Assembly: GCA_049512075.1 (NCBI GenBank)
Contig: JBEKXL010000021.1
Location: 1 to 42,527, forward strand
Direction: 5' to 3'
Source of the DNA: Candidatus Bathyarchaeia archaeon
Lineage (GTDB): Archaea > Thermoproteota > Bathyarchaeia > Bathyarchaeales > Bathycorpusculaceae
Length of the DNA: 42,527 nt
Part shown: in pieces, positions 1-10,305 of the stretch
How the letters are laid out: each line of letters starts with the position of its first letter
Numbering within the stretch: position 1 is the first letter of the stretch
Notes under the pieces: model-generated
The model's database searches: none
What the model was told of the DNA's origin: nothing
Seen by the model: only the letters and a program-made list of their open reading frames with translations
Made by a program: the position numbers and the translations under genes

Positions 1-762
1 CAACGTTTGCTGAGACCGTGCCACTTTCTTTCTTTTTTCCATCTTTTCTGTCTCTATCATATGGAGTAGGGTCATAACAGATAACCTTCACAAAACGCAA
101 TTCCTCATATTACGCGTCAGAATTTGAGCGATTAGATCATTAGTCCGCAATTATACAATTACCAAGTGTGTGTAGAATAAACGTTTCGGCATGATAGCGC
201 GCGCTAAGATGCTTGTCGCTGTAGGGCTACAATCACAGGGTACTGTTAAGTCAAGTTAACCCAAAATCTTTGTGATGACCCTTGAATCTTTCTGTTAAGG
301 AAAATATTATTTGGTTAAAGGACTTGTGCTAGTTATAGCGCGTGCGCTATTAGCAATCCTCCACTCCCAAGCACGCACTCTCCATTTATCCCTTCCACTC
401 CACTCACTAACATCAAAGTTCCTTGTGCACAAGTTTTATCTCACACCATTTATGAGGTACTGTTAAGCTACCCAAAAAAGCCTTTGCTATGAAGGAACAC
501 TGTCGTGACATAGCAAGCCGTCACAAAGCGCGCGCGCTAAGGTGCTTATGAGGAAGTAGCGAGGGCTCGCAATCAAGACGGAATAGAGATTACTTTGCGA
601 ACCGTCCAAGAACTAATAGATGGAAAAATACAGGACACGCAAAAAACCTAAGGGGAAGAAAGCAGGTAACTTAAGCGCGCGCGCGCAGTATCTGTCGAAA
701 GGGTACTGGTGCGTTATTGGACATGACTCTTTTTATTTTTTTGTTTATGATGAGAGATTCCA

Positions 763-1029
763 CTAAACAGGTTTAAATGTTGACTCTTTCTGTTTAGCCA
801 TTAGTTCTTTAGGGATGTCGACGGCCCTGACAACATTTTGAGCGTTTATCATATAGACAGGCGATCCATCAGGACCATGCTTCTTAAGTCTCTTGACTCC
901 AACAAGAACTAATTTTATCTTAAGAGTCGTCCCATCCTTAAGCTTATAGACATTCCAATGCTCTTCTTTTTCTTCGAAGTCAATATCATCACCTGAAGCT
1001 ATGTCCTCAGGTGTTATCGGACTAGGCAT
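763..1029 (-). CDS. Small hypothetical protein (beta-rich; EEHWNVYKLKDGT...DGSPVY)
   Basis: ORF 763..1056; ATG at 1029 preferred (GGAGA upstream). Protein-like composition; function not recognised. Confidence 0.75.
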   Translation of the reverse strand: MPSPITPEDIASGDDIDFEEKEEHWNVYKLKDGTTLKIKLVLVGVKRLKKHGPDGSPVYMINAQNVVRAVDIPKELMAKQKESTFKPV

Positions 1030-1292
1030 AGCCAACTGCTCACATCTCCATATCAATATGAGAGAGTTGCCATTTTAAAGGCTTTCATAACAGGGTTCTG
1101 TTACTGTTAACAGTCGACTGGTAGTGAGAATCAGTCCTATGAAGTTCTATAGAGGGATCAGAATATAGAGTTGGCGATAGATAAGTTGGCAAATTCTTAG
1201 GTCTCTAGACTTAAGACATTGATACCTAGAGAATAGATTAAAAGCGCGTGGGTCGCATAGCTCGGGGAGTGTGGTAGCGCGCGCATTTGAAA

Positions 1293-1520
1293 TCACTCCA
1301 TCTTAACTTTAAGAATCCATTTTCCTTTAGGATTACCGTCTAAATCGACTCCTATGCCCTTTAACACTTTAAATTCGCCCTGTTTCAAACCTAAATTTTG
1401 CATGGCGAATTCTGTTGCTTCTTTAAGCGTACAGAATCCAGCTGGTTTCTTTGCCTCGGTCTCTGTAAATCCCCATCCTGGGGGAACTAAACTGCTTATT
1501 TGCAAAACTTTTAATCTCAT
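1293..1520 (-). CDS. Small hypothetical protein, possibly virus/MGE derived
   Basis: 75-aa ORF with a GAGGAGG Shine-Dalgarno upstream; AT-rich; stop lies 8 bp from a (GC)4 motif. Confidence 0.6.
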   Translation of the reverse strand: MRLKVLQISSLVPPGWGFTETEAKKPAGFCTLKEATEFAMQNLGLKQGEFKVLKGIGVDLDGNPKGKWILKVKME

Positions 1521-1775
1521 TCTTCTTTTGCCTCCTCAAGGGAAATAACAGAATAGTCTATGAATCGGCAGTCTCGTCACTTCATGTCTTCGCTCCAGCT
1601 ATTATAGAATGGAAATCGCTGTTAAAGCTTGCTTATCTCTTTAAGAAATCTCCTTCAAGCCAATTTTATGTATCAGAGAAAAATAGGGAATGCGCGGGAA
1701 GCTTCTATACACTGGCAACATAAGACTTTTTAAAGGGCATATAAGCGTCCGCTACCCTATAAGAAGCGGTGTTTA

Positions 1776-2336
1776 ATGCCGAAGACTAAAGCCATAATAC
1801 ACATTCAAAACGTCGTTGCCACTGCCACTCTCAACCAAAGAGTTGACCTGAACGCAGTTGTGAAGAGTTATCCAGGTGTCGAGTATCGACCGGAACAGTT
1901 TCCCGGACTAGTATTTAGGCTTAAGAGACCGAAGACAGCCACGCTGATTTTCAACTCTGGAAAAATGGTTTGCACAGGAGCGAAATCGGAAAAGGAATCC
2001 CGCAGAGCTGTTATGACGGTTGTTAAGGAACTGAAGAAGGGCGGGATAATCATCATCGGCAAGCCGGACTTGAAGGTTGTGAACATGGTTGCTTCTGCAA
2101 GCTTGGGCGGAAGGGTAGAGTTGGAACTGGCAGTGGGTGCGCTTGGAAAAACGATGTATGAGCCGGAGCAGTTTCCAGGGTTGATCTACAGGATGGACGA
2201 GCCTAAAGTGGTTATACTCGTATTCGCAAGCGGGAACCTTGTTTGCACAGGAGCTAAGAAAGAACAGGACGTTTATGACGCCGTGCACAAGCTTCATGAA
2301 AGATTGGAGGAACAAAACCTCATATTCTACGAATAA
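1776..2336 (+). CDS. tbp: TATA-box-binding protein
   Basis: Two TBP repeats: NVVAT..YRPEQFPGLVFR..LIFNSGKMVCTGAKS and NMVAS..YEPEQFPGLIYR..LVFASGNLVCTGAK. TATA-like TTTTTAAA near 1726. Confidence 0.98.
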   Translation: MPKTKAIIHIQNVVATATLNQRVDLNAVVKSYPGVEYRPEQFPGLVFRLKRPKTATLIFNSGKMVCTGAKSEKESRRAVMTVVKELKKGGIIIIGKPDLKVVNMVASASLGGRVELELAVGALGKTMYEPEQFPGLIYRMDEPKVVILVFASGNLVCTGAKKEQDVYDAVHKLHERLEEQNLIFYE

Positions 2337-2462
2337 AAGCTTCATACGTTAATCGCCTAGCGCGCGCAGGGTGTCTTTCGCAAGCTCTCGCTGAAATTGT
2401 TGTTGGACTGTTTCATGTCTGCCAGCCCAGGATTTTGATGGTTTTTCCGAGGCTTCGTACGC

Positions 2463-5039
2463 TCAAATACCGCTTTCATATTTCGCCAGGGCGGCTATTT
2501 CGACGGGGACCACTTTTCTGTATACGCACTCTGGTATTCTCATCACACCATCAACCTTCAAAAGGTCTTCAATTTGTATGCCGAACAACTTTTCGTTTTC
2601 TTTCAGCAACGGCAAGATTTTTTCCCAGTCTTCTTTGGAAATTGTGTTTATTTTGCCGCCGTTAAGCTGGTCTTCACCGACTGTCTCTCTAGGGTCTCTC
2701 AAGTATACAGCGCTGGCTGCTGCGAGAGGGAACAGGTTTCCTCCGGGATAGGGGGTTTCTTGCTCTACCATTTTTCCGTGGTCATCAAATGCTACTCCGT
2801 TAAGAATTGTAAACCCTCTCGCTGCCATGCAGGATTCACCCATGTAATCTTTGCACGAACCGTTGACAACCGCTGTTGCGCTTCCGACGGAATTTATCAA
2901 CGGCCTGTCGATCAAATCCCCCAAAATGAACGTCACTCCGCCCTTGGCCCCGTACTCAAATGCTTTTCCCGCGTCTCCGAAGACTACCAGTTTTCCTGAT
3001 CTGAAGCAATAAGCCACAGAGTCCTGGGCGCTTTCGTGCACATAGAATTCGGGGCCGTCTGCAAACGCCGCGAGGCAGTCGCCGACTCTTCCATAGACGT
3101 CGATTCTGACTCTGTCTCTTGCAATCAGACCAGCTCCGAAGTTTCTCTGCCCTCTGAAGTTGTAGGCGACAAAGTTCTTCCAACCCAGTTTGCAGGCCCT
3201 TTCAAGTAGCTGGCATGTGCCTTCCCCTCCCTCCGGGGGGAATTCGGAAACGTCCATTACGAGGGTCTGATTTGAGTGTGCTGGGCCTTTCAGTCTGTTT
3301 TTTTCTTCGAATTTGATTAAACGATATTTTCCGTTTGTATCGGATTCTGTGGAGCTTGTTGAATTGAAAACGTCAAAGAGTTTTTCTTCAAATAGGGAGA
3401 CGATGTCACTTCTTCTCTTCCTGCCAGTGTCGTATCTTCTGTCTATGAGCAGGGTAAGCGTCTCCACGACGACAGACTTCTCTTCGTCACTTTTGCCGGC
3501 GTATTCCCTCATTGTTTCTGCAAATGAACATACCTCGCCAAAACTCCAGCCTTCAATGTTCTTCGCAGTATATGCGAATAGGTCGACGCCTCTCGGTCTG
3601 TCTTTCAGTTTTTCGTCAATGCTTGGAAATCTAGGCATATCATGACTGCTTATCCTCTTGCAATGTTGCTGGTGGTTTGTGGCCGAGATGGGTTTCCCAA
3701 ACTTGTCCGTGCATAGAAGGTTCTTCGATTCGTCAATAGTGAAGACAAAGGCGCCGCCGTCGGTGTAGCTGCCTCCTCTGGCATACCAGTACAGGTCATT
3801 CATTGGATAGAATCTTGAATCATCCTTCGCTAGGTTCTGTACCATCGTGTCTATTGCCTGTTTCTCGGAAGCTATGAAACCTATTTTAGCCTCTCCTTCT
3901 TGGAGGGAAAAGACTTGTGGCCTCAGCATCGAAGTGTCGGTTATTCCGATTAGCTGAAACTCTCTCCTGTACGGATTGTTTCGGGCAATGATGAAGAACC
4001 AGGGTCCATCGGGGGAGCAATGGATGTGTGTTGCTTGGATTGCCTTATAGATCTTCTTCTTGTCTTCTGGAAGCATGGCGAAATCTCTTTCCGTCGTTGG
4101 GGCAATTGCTTCGATCGCGTATTCCAGCGGGTACTCATATGTTCGCGTCAAAAGATCCCAGTATAGGGCAGCGACCTCTGTGTCCGTTAGGAATAAGGGG
4201 GAGATGTTTCTTTGCCTCAGATATTCTGTTATAGAATGATAATTTGCAAAATCGCCATTGTGGACTAAAGCATCGTGCAGGCCTATGAACGGGTGTGAAC
4301 CTCCGGGGTGCCAGATTTTTCCTTTCGTAGGATATCTTTGATGTCCAATCCAAATGTGGGATTCAAGGTCTTCGAGCTGATAGTAGTGTAGAACTTGCTC
4401 AGCGTATCCTACGATCTTGAAAACGATGATGTTTTTTCCGTGAGATGTAACGAAGGCTTTTTTGTCGCCCAGAGAGGCATAATACTTCTTGTTTAGAGCA
4501 AAACTGTTTCTGTAAATGAACTCGTCCTCAGCGGTTTCTGGTTTGAGCCCTTCGTATCCATTCTTTTCAATAAACTGTCGAAGTTTGTCTTCTTTCGCCC
4601 TTACGAAATATCTCCAAACCTCTGGAGGTTTGACTTCCAGACCTATGCTTCTGTGGTTCTCAATCGTCGCGGTTTTTTCCGCAAGCTCAACGTTGAGGTT
4701 GGAGTTTATGAATTGAGATTCAACTTCCACTCTTGATTTCGGATCAATGTAGGCTACCTGCATTATGTAGTCTTCTTCCAAGACTCTCTCTGAAACGCCC
4801 AGTTGCTTTGCAGAGAGACCGACAGCCGCGATGCCGCCGCCTTTTCCATTTCCCCTGTTGTGCATCTGGATAAGCGGTTGTAGCAAGTATCTTCCTTGTA
4901 TTGGGATGGAGCTAGCTATTCCAAGAACGCCGCATCCGCCTTCCGCCACGTTTTCACGGATCGAGCTGTTAGCGCCGGTGGTAACAGGATGTTTGTCTGA
5001 AACCAGTGGACTGCAAGTGTTCCTGTTCATAGTTGTCAC
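2463..5039 (-). CDS. Glutamate synthase subunit: class II glutamine amidotransferase (GltB1) fused to GXGXG beta-helix (GltB3)
   Basis: Propeptide followed by EGG/CGVLG Ntn cysteine; HNRG, GHQRYPT, HPF, VHNGDFAN, TDTE motifs; C-terminal GXGXG repeats (GDCLAAF, GKLVVFGDAG, YMGE). Confidence 0.88.
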   Translation of the reverse strand: MTTMNRNTCSPLVSDKHPVTTGANSSIRENVAEGGCGVLGIASSIPIQGRYLLQPLIQMHNRGNGKGGGIAAVGLSAKQLGVSERVLEEDYIMQVAYIDPKSRVEVESQFINSNLNVELAEKTATIENHRSIGLEVKPPEVWRYFVRAKEDKLRQFIEKNGYEGLKPETAEDEFIYRNSFALNKKYYASLGDKKAFVTSHGKNIIVFKIVGYAEQVLHYYQLEDLESHIWIGHQRYPTKGKIWHPGGSHPFIGLHDALVHNGDFANYHSITEYLRQRNISPLFLTDTEVAALYWDLLTRTYEYPLEYAIEAIAPTTERDFAMLPEDKKKIYKAIQATHIHCSPDGPWFFIIARNNPYRREFQLIGITDTSMLRPQVFSLQEGEAKIGFIASEKQAIDTMVQNLAKDDSRFYPMNDLYWYARGGSYTDGGAFVFTIDESKNLLCTDKFGKPISATNHQQHCKRISSHDMPRFPSIDEKLKDRPRGVDLFAYTAKNIEGWSFGEVCSFAETMREYAGKSDEEKSVVVETLTLLIDRRYDTGRKRRSDIVSLFEEKLFDVFNSTSSTESDTNGKYRLIKFEEKNRLKGPAHSNQTLVMDVSEFPPEGGEGTCQLLERACKLGWKNFVAYNFRGQRNFGAGLIARDRVRIDVYGRVGDCLAAFADGPEFYVHESAQDSVAYCFRSGKLVVFGDAGKAFEYGAKGGVTFILGDLIDRPLINSVGSATAVVNGSCKDYMGESCMAARGFTILNGVAFDDHGKMVEQETPYPGGNLFPLAAASAVYLRDPRETVGEDQLNGGKINTISKEDWEKILPLLKENEKLFGIQIEDLLKVDGVMRIPECVYRKVVPVEIAALAKYESGI

Positions 5040-6583
5040 TTCAGATGATCGAGATGCACCATGTGATTGAATCTGCCTTTCTTGAACTTCACTTCGTCAT
5101 TGGGTCGAAGTTCCCTGATGTTATCCAGACCAAGCTTTTCTAGAATGTGGCTCCATTGTCTCTTCCATGAGCTGTACAGGTTGATTATCCTCTGAGAACC
5201 CCAGTCTACGTCGATAAAATACCTGAGTGCTGGATCTGTTGTGGCTATTCCGCTTGGACAGCCTTTTCCTCTTTCACAGTTTTCGCATCGTTTACATCCG
5301 ATTGCGACTAGTTCTGCTGTTCCAATTACTGCTCCGTCAGCTCCTAAGGCTATGGCCTTGGCAACGTCGAATGCGGTTCTCAGTCCGCCGCTGGCCATTA
5401 TTGTTATCTGATCTCTGACTCCTTCTCTTACCAAGTAATTGTGAACAATCGGTATTGCATATTCAATTGGCATGGCAATGTTTTTCTTAGCTATGTCGGG
5501 GGCTGCTCCTGTTCCGCCGTACCCACCATCTATTTGCAGAATGTGGGTTCCTGCGTAGTAGCTTCCAATCGCTACCATGTCAACATCAACAGGAGTTGAA
5601 ACTTTCACGGAGATTAATGCTTGAGGATTAACGTCTTCCATTAACTGAACATGCCTGTAGTGGTCTTCAACAGAGTAGACGTTATGAAAGGGAAATGGAG
5701 AAAACAAGCTAATGTAGGGAACTACCTCCCGTATCTTTGCAACGTCAGGAGTGACCTTGTCCGCAAGCAAATGTCCTCCTAACCCGGGTTTCGCGCCCTG
5801 CGCGTACTTTAAGACTATGATCTTTGCTCTCTTGATTGTTTCAGCGTTCACTCCAAAGTGGCCAGTTGCAACCTGCGTTATAACGTGATCTTTGTATTTA
5901 ATCAGCTCATTAGGGTAGCCGCCCTCACCAGTGCTGGTGAAGGTGTTCCAAGCCTCAGCCGCCTTGGCTCTTGCGAGCATCACGTTCAGGCTTATGGAGC
6001 CGTAGGACATATCCGCGCTGTAGACTGGAATGGGGATTCTGATCTCAGGTCGTCCATCATTTCTCTTGTTCAGGACGATGGAAGTGTCGCGGTCCTCGTT
6101 GTTAGATGTGTCATCGTCATAGATTTCTTTGTCGTCTAATTCAAAATCAAATCGTAGCTTGTCAAAACCTCCTCCAGAATCCCCAACTTTATACTCGTAT
6201 TTTTCTGAAACTCTTCCAACTTCAGCCTGCTCCCAAGTTGACATTATTAACTCAGCAGTCCATCGCGCGTCGCCGAGGGCAATGTACTGTGGGCTGAGTT
6301 TAACGGACAAAGCACCGTCTGGGCACTCATGCACGCATCGTTGACACGATAGACCTGTACAAGAAATCTTTGGGACGGCTACGCGCAGGTATCCATTCGG
6401 CTTCTGATAGGCTTCATAATCGATAGATGAAGACCCTATGCAGGTAGGGCAGATTTCCGCGCATTTCCCACACATTGAGCATTTAGACCTTTCGATAATC
6501 ACTTCATACTTTTCTATCGAGGCTGGATATTGGGAAGGCGCGGGTCTTACTATTGGCTTCTTGAAGAGTTCGCCCTGCATCAT
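5036..6583 (-). CDS. gltB: Glutamate synthase FMN-binding subunit (GltB2) with N-terminal 2x[4Fe-4S] ferredoxin domain
   Basis: MSYGSIS, TGEGG, QVATGHFGV, KYAQGAKPGLGGHL, DGGYGGTGAAP, SGGLR, AIALGAD and the CxxCxxC..CPSG cluster motif. Confidence 0.92.
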   Translation of the reverse strand: MMQGELFKKPIVRPAPSQYPASIEKYEVIIERSKCSMCGKCAEICPTCIGSSSIDYEAYQKPNGYLRVAVPKISCTGLSCQRCVHECPDGALSVKLSPQYIALGDARWTAELIMSTWEQAEVGRVSEKYEYKVGDSGGGFDKLRFDFELDDKEIYDDDTSNNEDRDTSIVLNKRNDGRPEIRIPIPVYSADMSYGSISLNVMLARAKAAEAWNTFTSTGEGGYPNELIKYKDHVITQVATGHFGVNAETIKRAKIIVLKYAQGAKPGLGGHLLADKVTPDVAKIREVVPYISLFSPFPFHNVYSVEDHYRHVQLMEDVNPQALISVKVSTPVDVDMVAIGSYYAGTHILQIDGGYGGTGAAPDIAKKNIAMPIEYAIPIVHNYLVREGVRDQITIMASGGLRTAFDVAKAIALGADGAVIGTAELVAIGCKRCENCERGKGCPSGIATTDPALRYFIDVDWGSQRIINLYSSWKRQWSHILEKLGLDNIRELRPNDEVKFKKGRFNHMVHLDHLK

Positions 6584-7956
6584 CCTTTATCACCGAAAAT
6601 TCTGGCTTCAAGATCTTCGTAGAACATCGCTCTGCCTGTCTCGCCTGCTTGCCTCCTCACTTCCCGCAGGCCCATTCCGCCGAGCACTTCCAGCAGTTGG
6701 TCCCTCCATGCGCCGATCAGGTTCATGATTCTCTGAGTTGCCAGTTCAACGTCTCCATCTTCCAGATTTATCAGGCAGCCCTGACTGTGCGTGTTTTCGT
6801 GGCAAACATTGCATCCAAGAGCGATTTGATATGCTAATCCAACTGCGACCGCATTGGCTCCGAGGATGATGGATTTGGGAACATGGGCTGCCTCAGCTAT
6901 TCCCCCACTGAAGATCAAAGTGATCTTGTCTCGATTGCGCTTCTCAACAAGATACGTGTGAACAGAGAGTATGGCGTTTTTGATTGAGTCAGGGTCTCGC
7001 TCAACAACTGCGTCATCAACGTGAAAGTGAACGATGTCGCCCCCTAACTTTGCAAGTGTATCTGCCCTTTCGGGAGCTTCTGCATCATAAATGAATCGGC
7101 AAGAGATCAACACTGAAGGATTAATCGCTTTAACCTTCTTCAGTTCTTCTTCAACATCGCTGCCTCTACACTCGAGTTCAACGATTTGCGATAATTTGAC
7201 CAAATTCTCATATTCGTCTATTTCGTTATGGTTGATTCTGGGTATCAGGCTTGCCTTGTAACGAGCCAGATCGGGTGAATATTCCCTCGCATCCACTATG
7301 GCAAAGGTCTTGAGTCCAACAGCGGCCCTGGCCACGGCTAACTGGAGGTTCCGACTTGTTCCGCATTTGAGCGGAGCATCAAGAATCATTGGTATGGGAA
7401 TCTCTATTGTTTTTGGAACATTGGAAACCAGTTTTTCATTCTCATCAAATTTGAGAGACTGAAGCTTTCTTCCCAAGTCTACCGACGTGGAAATGTACTC
7501 TCTGCCGTGGATTCCATCCCTCGTCGGTCTGACTATCTCTGAAAAATCGAACCAGATGCCGTCAAAACCCTGCCCCGCAAAGGGACCGGTATACCCCGCG
7601 CCGGAAACAGGAACCCTGCCTGTTTCTGCTTCGAAATAGATTGTTTTTATCCTGTCTGGAGAGAAGTAGGAATTTCCAAGTTTTTCAAATTCAGGGTTGA
7701 TTCCGATAGAGATGGCGGCTTTTGGGCATTTCAAGACACACATGTAACAGCCCCTGCACAACTCTTCGTTCGGGTCTGCTATCTTGCCGTCCTCCTTCGC
7801 TTCGTGCACATCGTATATGCAAGCTTGTGTACATTCCTGGGCGTTCGTGCAGTTGTTGTAGCGTTTGACTAGAAATTTCGGGGGCAATTTGATTTTTGCC
7901 GGTGCTTCTTTCACTGCTATGTGGTATCTTTCGTAAAGGGCTTTCATCAGAAGCAC
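6580..7956 (-). CDS. Divergent GltB2-like paralogue with N-terminal ferredoxin domain
   Basis: CxxxxxCxxxC and CRGCYMCVLKCP; GFD..F, IPIP, SGGI..KSIILGA, QRIMNL..W..QLLEVLGGMG are retained. MSYG, TGEGG and QGAKPG are missing. Confidence 0.8.
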   Translation of the reverse strand: MLLMKALYERYHIAVKEAPAKIKLPPKFLVKRYNNCTNAQECTQACIYDVHEAKEDGKIADPNEELCRGCYMCVLKCPKAAISIGINPEFEKLGNSYFSPDRIKTIYFEAETGRVPVSGAGYTGPFAGQGFDGIWFDFSEIVRPTRDGIHGREYISTSVDLGRKLQSLKFDENEKLVSNVPKTIEIPIPMILDAPLKCGTSRNLQLAVARAAVGLKTFAIVDAREYSPDLARYKASLIPRINHNEIDEYENLVKLSQIVELECRGSDVEEELKKVKAINPSVLISCRFIYDAEAPERADTLAKLGGDIVHFHVDDAVVERDPDSIKNAILSVHTYLVEKRNRDKITLIFSGGIAEAAHVPKSIILGANAVAVGLAYQIALGCNVCHENTHSQGCLINLEDGDVELATQRIMNLIGAWRDQLLEVLGGMGLREVRRQAGETGRAMFYEDLEARIFGDKG

Positions 7957-8039
7957 CTAGCCTTCAAATCGCAGTTCGGAATCTAATAAACTCAACGCTT
8001 CCGATGTCGTTACCTCAGTGTGCATATTAGTACGCTGGA

Positions 8040-9461
8040 CTAGCCATAATGTAGATACTGTCTCAGCAGCGAGTCCACTTCGTGTGGCTTTCCAATGAGT
8101 CCTTTCCATAGTTCACGGTCGTCGTATGCTCTAAGCTTCTCGATAGTCTTGTCCACGAGTCTCTTCGGGAAAACATCGTCTGCCTCATAGAACCGCCTGT
8201 CTTCCTCGAGGTTGTCTGCTGATTCGCTGCAGGAGCACGGCAAAGCCTTGAACCTTTTTTCCCCGCTGTTCTTGGCATCTGCGTGCGAATCTTGGGCAAT
8301 TTTCAACGCATCTTTCGGATTCTGCACACCGTAGTCGGCAGCAATCGTCAGCGCGGCGAGGATAAGATACGTGCTTGCGAAGGCATCTGGGGCTCTGTAT
8401 TCGAAAGTTCTCCGACAGTCCTCCTTCTTTGGACCCTCCATTCTGTAGTCCCACCACAACGGGATTCTTACCAGAGCTAACCGGTTTCTGGCGCCCCAGC
8501 AAATGCTCATAGGCGATTCTTTGGTTGAAATGAAACGCAGATACGAAACGGGAACGGTGTTTCCGAAAGCTGCAAGACTTGGCGCAAACCTCAGGATCCC
8601 ACCAATCATTTCCAATGCACAGTCGCTGAGGGCTCCATCCTTGCCTGCAAGAACATTCTCATTATCTTTTATTCCGCACATGTGGATGTGCATCCCTGAT
8701 CCCGCGTGTGTCATCGCGATCTTCGGGGAAAAAGAGGTCGACACCCCGTGGTTCGAACAGACGTTTCGCACAACCCACTTTGCAATAGTCACCGTCTCAG
8801 CCATTTCGCCCATGTCTTTTGGGATTAATTCAATCTCATGCTGCTCAAGCAGCATGTTATCCTCAGTCAAGATTCGCCCAGCTTCACTGTGCCCGTATTT
8901 CGTTGCAATACCAACATTAGCCAAAGCGGCCATGATTTCATTTCTAACATCTTCAAACCTGGCGAAAGGTGCAGAGTCATGATAATTCTTGTCCGCCATC
9001 CCTGCGAAAAGCATCTCAGACTCCAGCCTAGACATGATATAGAACTCCAGCTCACACATAGCTTTCAATTCGAAGCCGACTGAAGAGTGAAGCTTCTTCT
9101 CAGCGCGTTTCAAAACGTTCGCAGGAGCAATACTCAGTGGGTTTCCTTTCTCATCCAAATAGTCACACAGAATATTCAACGTCGGAACCGTCGCAAAGGG
9201 GTTAATGAAAACCCTGCCGATCCTCGGTTTTATGTATATGTCGCTTCGCCCAGGCTCAATGAAAGAGAACAAGCTTGAACCATCAACTCTCTCCCCGAAA
9301 TCCAACATTTCCAACAATCGCTTTTCGTCTGTTGCCGAAAAGCTCAGTGTCTTCAGCCTGCCGTCTTCCGGAATGTGACACAAATTGGCAATCTTGATGC
9401 TATTGTCCGAAACAAACTTCACAACTTCCACATTCTGAGAAAAACCAAACGACATGTCCAC
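8040..9461 (-). CDS. glnA: Glutamine synthetase (GS type I family)
   Basis: VDGSS, ELEFY, HSE..QHEIE, PKI..GSGMHIH, SYLRF, NR.ALVRIP, FEYRAPD; first gene of the glt operon. Confidence 0.92.
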   Translation of the reverse strand: MDMSFGFSQNVEVVKFVSDNSIKIANLCHIPEDGRLKTLSFSATDEKRLLEMLDFGERVDGSSLFSFIEPGRSDIYIKPRIGRVFINPFATVPTLNILCDYLDEKGNPLSIAPANVLKRAEKKLHSSVGFELKAMCELEFYIMSRLESEMLFAGMADKNYHDSAPFARFEDVRNEIMAALANVGIATKYGHSEAGRILTEDNMLLEQHEIELIPKDMGEMAETVTIAKWVVRNVCSNHGVSTSFSPKIAMTHAGSGMHIHMCGIKDNENVLAGKDGALSDCALEMIGGILRFAPSLAAFGNTVPVSYLRFISTKESPMSICWGARNRLALVRIPLWWDYRMEGPKKEDCRRTFEYRAPDAFASTYLILAALTIAADYGVQNPKDALKIAQDSHADAKNSGEKRFKALPCSCSESADNLEEDRRFYEADDVFPKRLVDKTIEKLRAYDDRELWKGLIGKPHEVDSLLRQYLHYG

Positions 9462-9812
9462 ACGCGGTCACTCCTGCGACTCAGAATTTGCACCGTTATG
9501 GAAATCCGCTATTTTAGTTTTGCGCGCTAAATACGATGTTTCCAATAGAAGACAAATCCCGTGCACTCTTTAATCGCTTTGAGTCCGTACGCCCCCCGCT
9601 GCGCGCGCTTATGCGGAATGTACGGCTTTGCATGGAAAACTGTAACAAAATGTGTAACAATTCTGTCACTTTCCATATTTTCAGTCAGTTCTCAAAAAGA
9701 CAATTAACGCAGCATCAATTTTTAGGTGCTAATGGAAGAATCCTCTGGTCTTTTCTCAGTTTCAGTTTCTGCATAGAGTGTTTTCAGAAAAAGTGAAGCT
9801 GGTTATCATGAG

Positions 9813-10250
9813 TCACCGTGGCATCTTTCTTGAGTGGCTCTTTATTCTGTGTGCGGGCATTTTCCTATAGGCTAGGGAGCACTTTTTCCTTTTTGAGCCT
9901 TGCCTTGTTGCCGCCCATTTGAGGATAGGCACAACCGCTTCTCTTAGCCCTTGTCCGTCTTCTGTCAATGAGTATTCAACACGAGGCGGGATTTCAGCGA
10001 ATGACTCTCTCTTGAGCAACTGTTCATTTTGAAGTCGTTTCAACGTGTCTGCAAGAGTTTTGGGGCTTATGCCATCCAGTTCTTCTATAAGTTTGTTGAA
10101 TCTGAGGCTACCGTAGTTCCCGATTGCATTTATGATAAGAAGTGCCCATTTTTTGCTAATCACGTCTATGACTCCTTCAATCGGACAATAACAAACCACT
10201 TCATTTCTGTTCTGCATACACTCACTTTCGCTGTCAATAGCAACTATCAC
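9813..10250 (-). CDS. HxlR-family winged-helix transcriptional regulator
   Basis: CYCPIE..ISKKWALLII..LRFNKL..GISPKTL..LKRL..PPRVEYSLT. True start may be ATG 10217. Confidence 0.92.
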   Translation of the reverse strand: MIVAIDSESECMQNRNEVVCYCPIEGVIDVISKKWALLIINAIGNYGSLRFNKLIEELDGISPKTLADTLKRLQNEQLLKRESFAEIPPRVEYSLTEDGQGLREAVVPILKWAATRQGSKRKKCSLAYRKMPAHRIKSHSRKMPR

Positions 10251-10305
10251 ACTATAAACTTGATAGTTTAAATACTTTACTTTCTATAGTTAAACGAAAA
10301 GTGAG

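Noticed and set aside
9462-9812. NrpR (GGAA-N6-TTCC) or GlnR/TnrA (TGTNA-N7-TNACA) operator before glnA
   Set aside because: No correctly spaced match found by eye.
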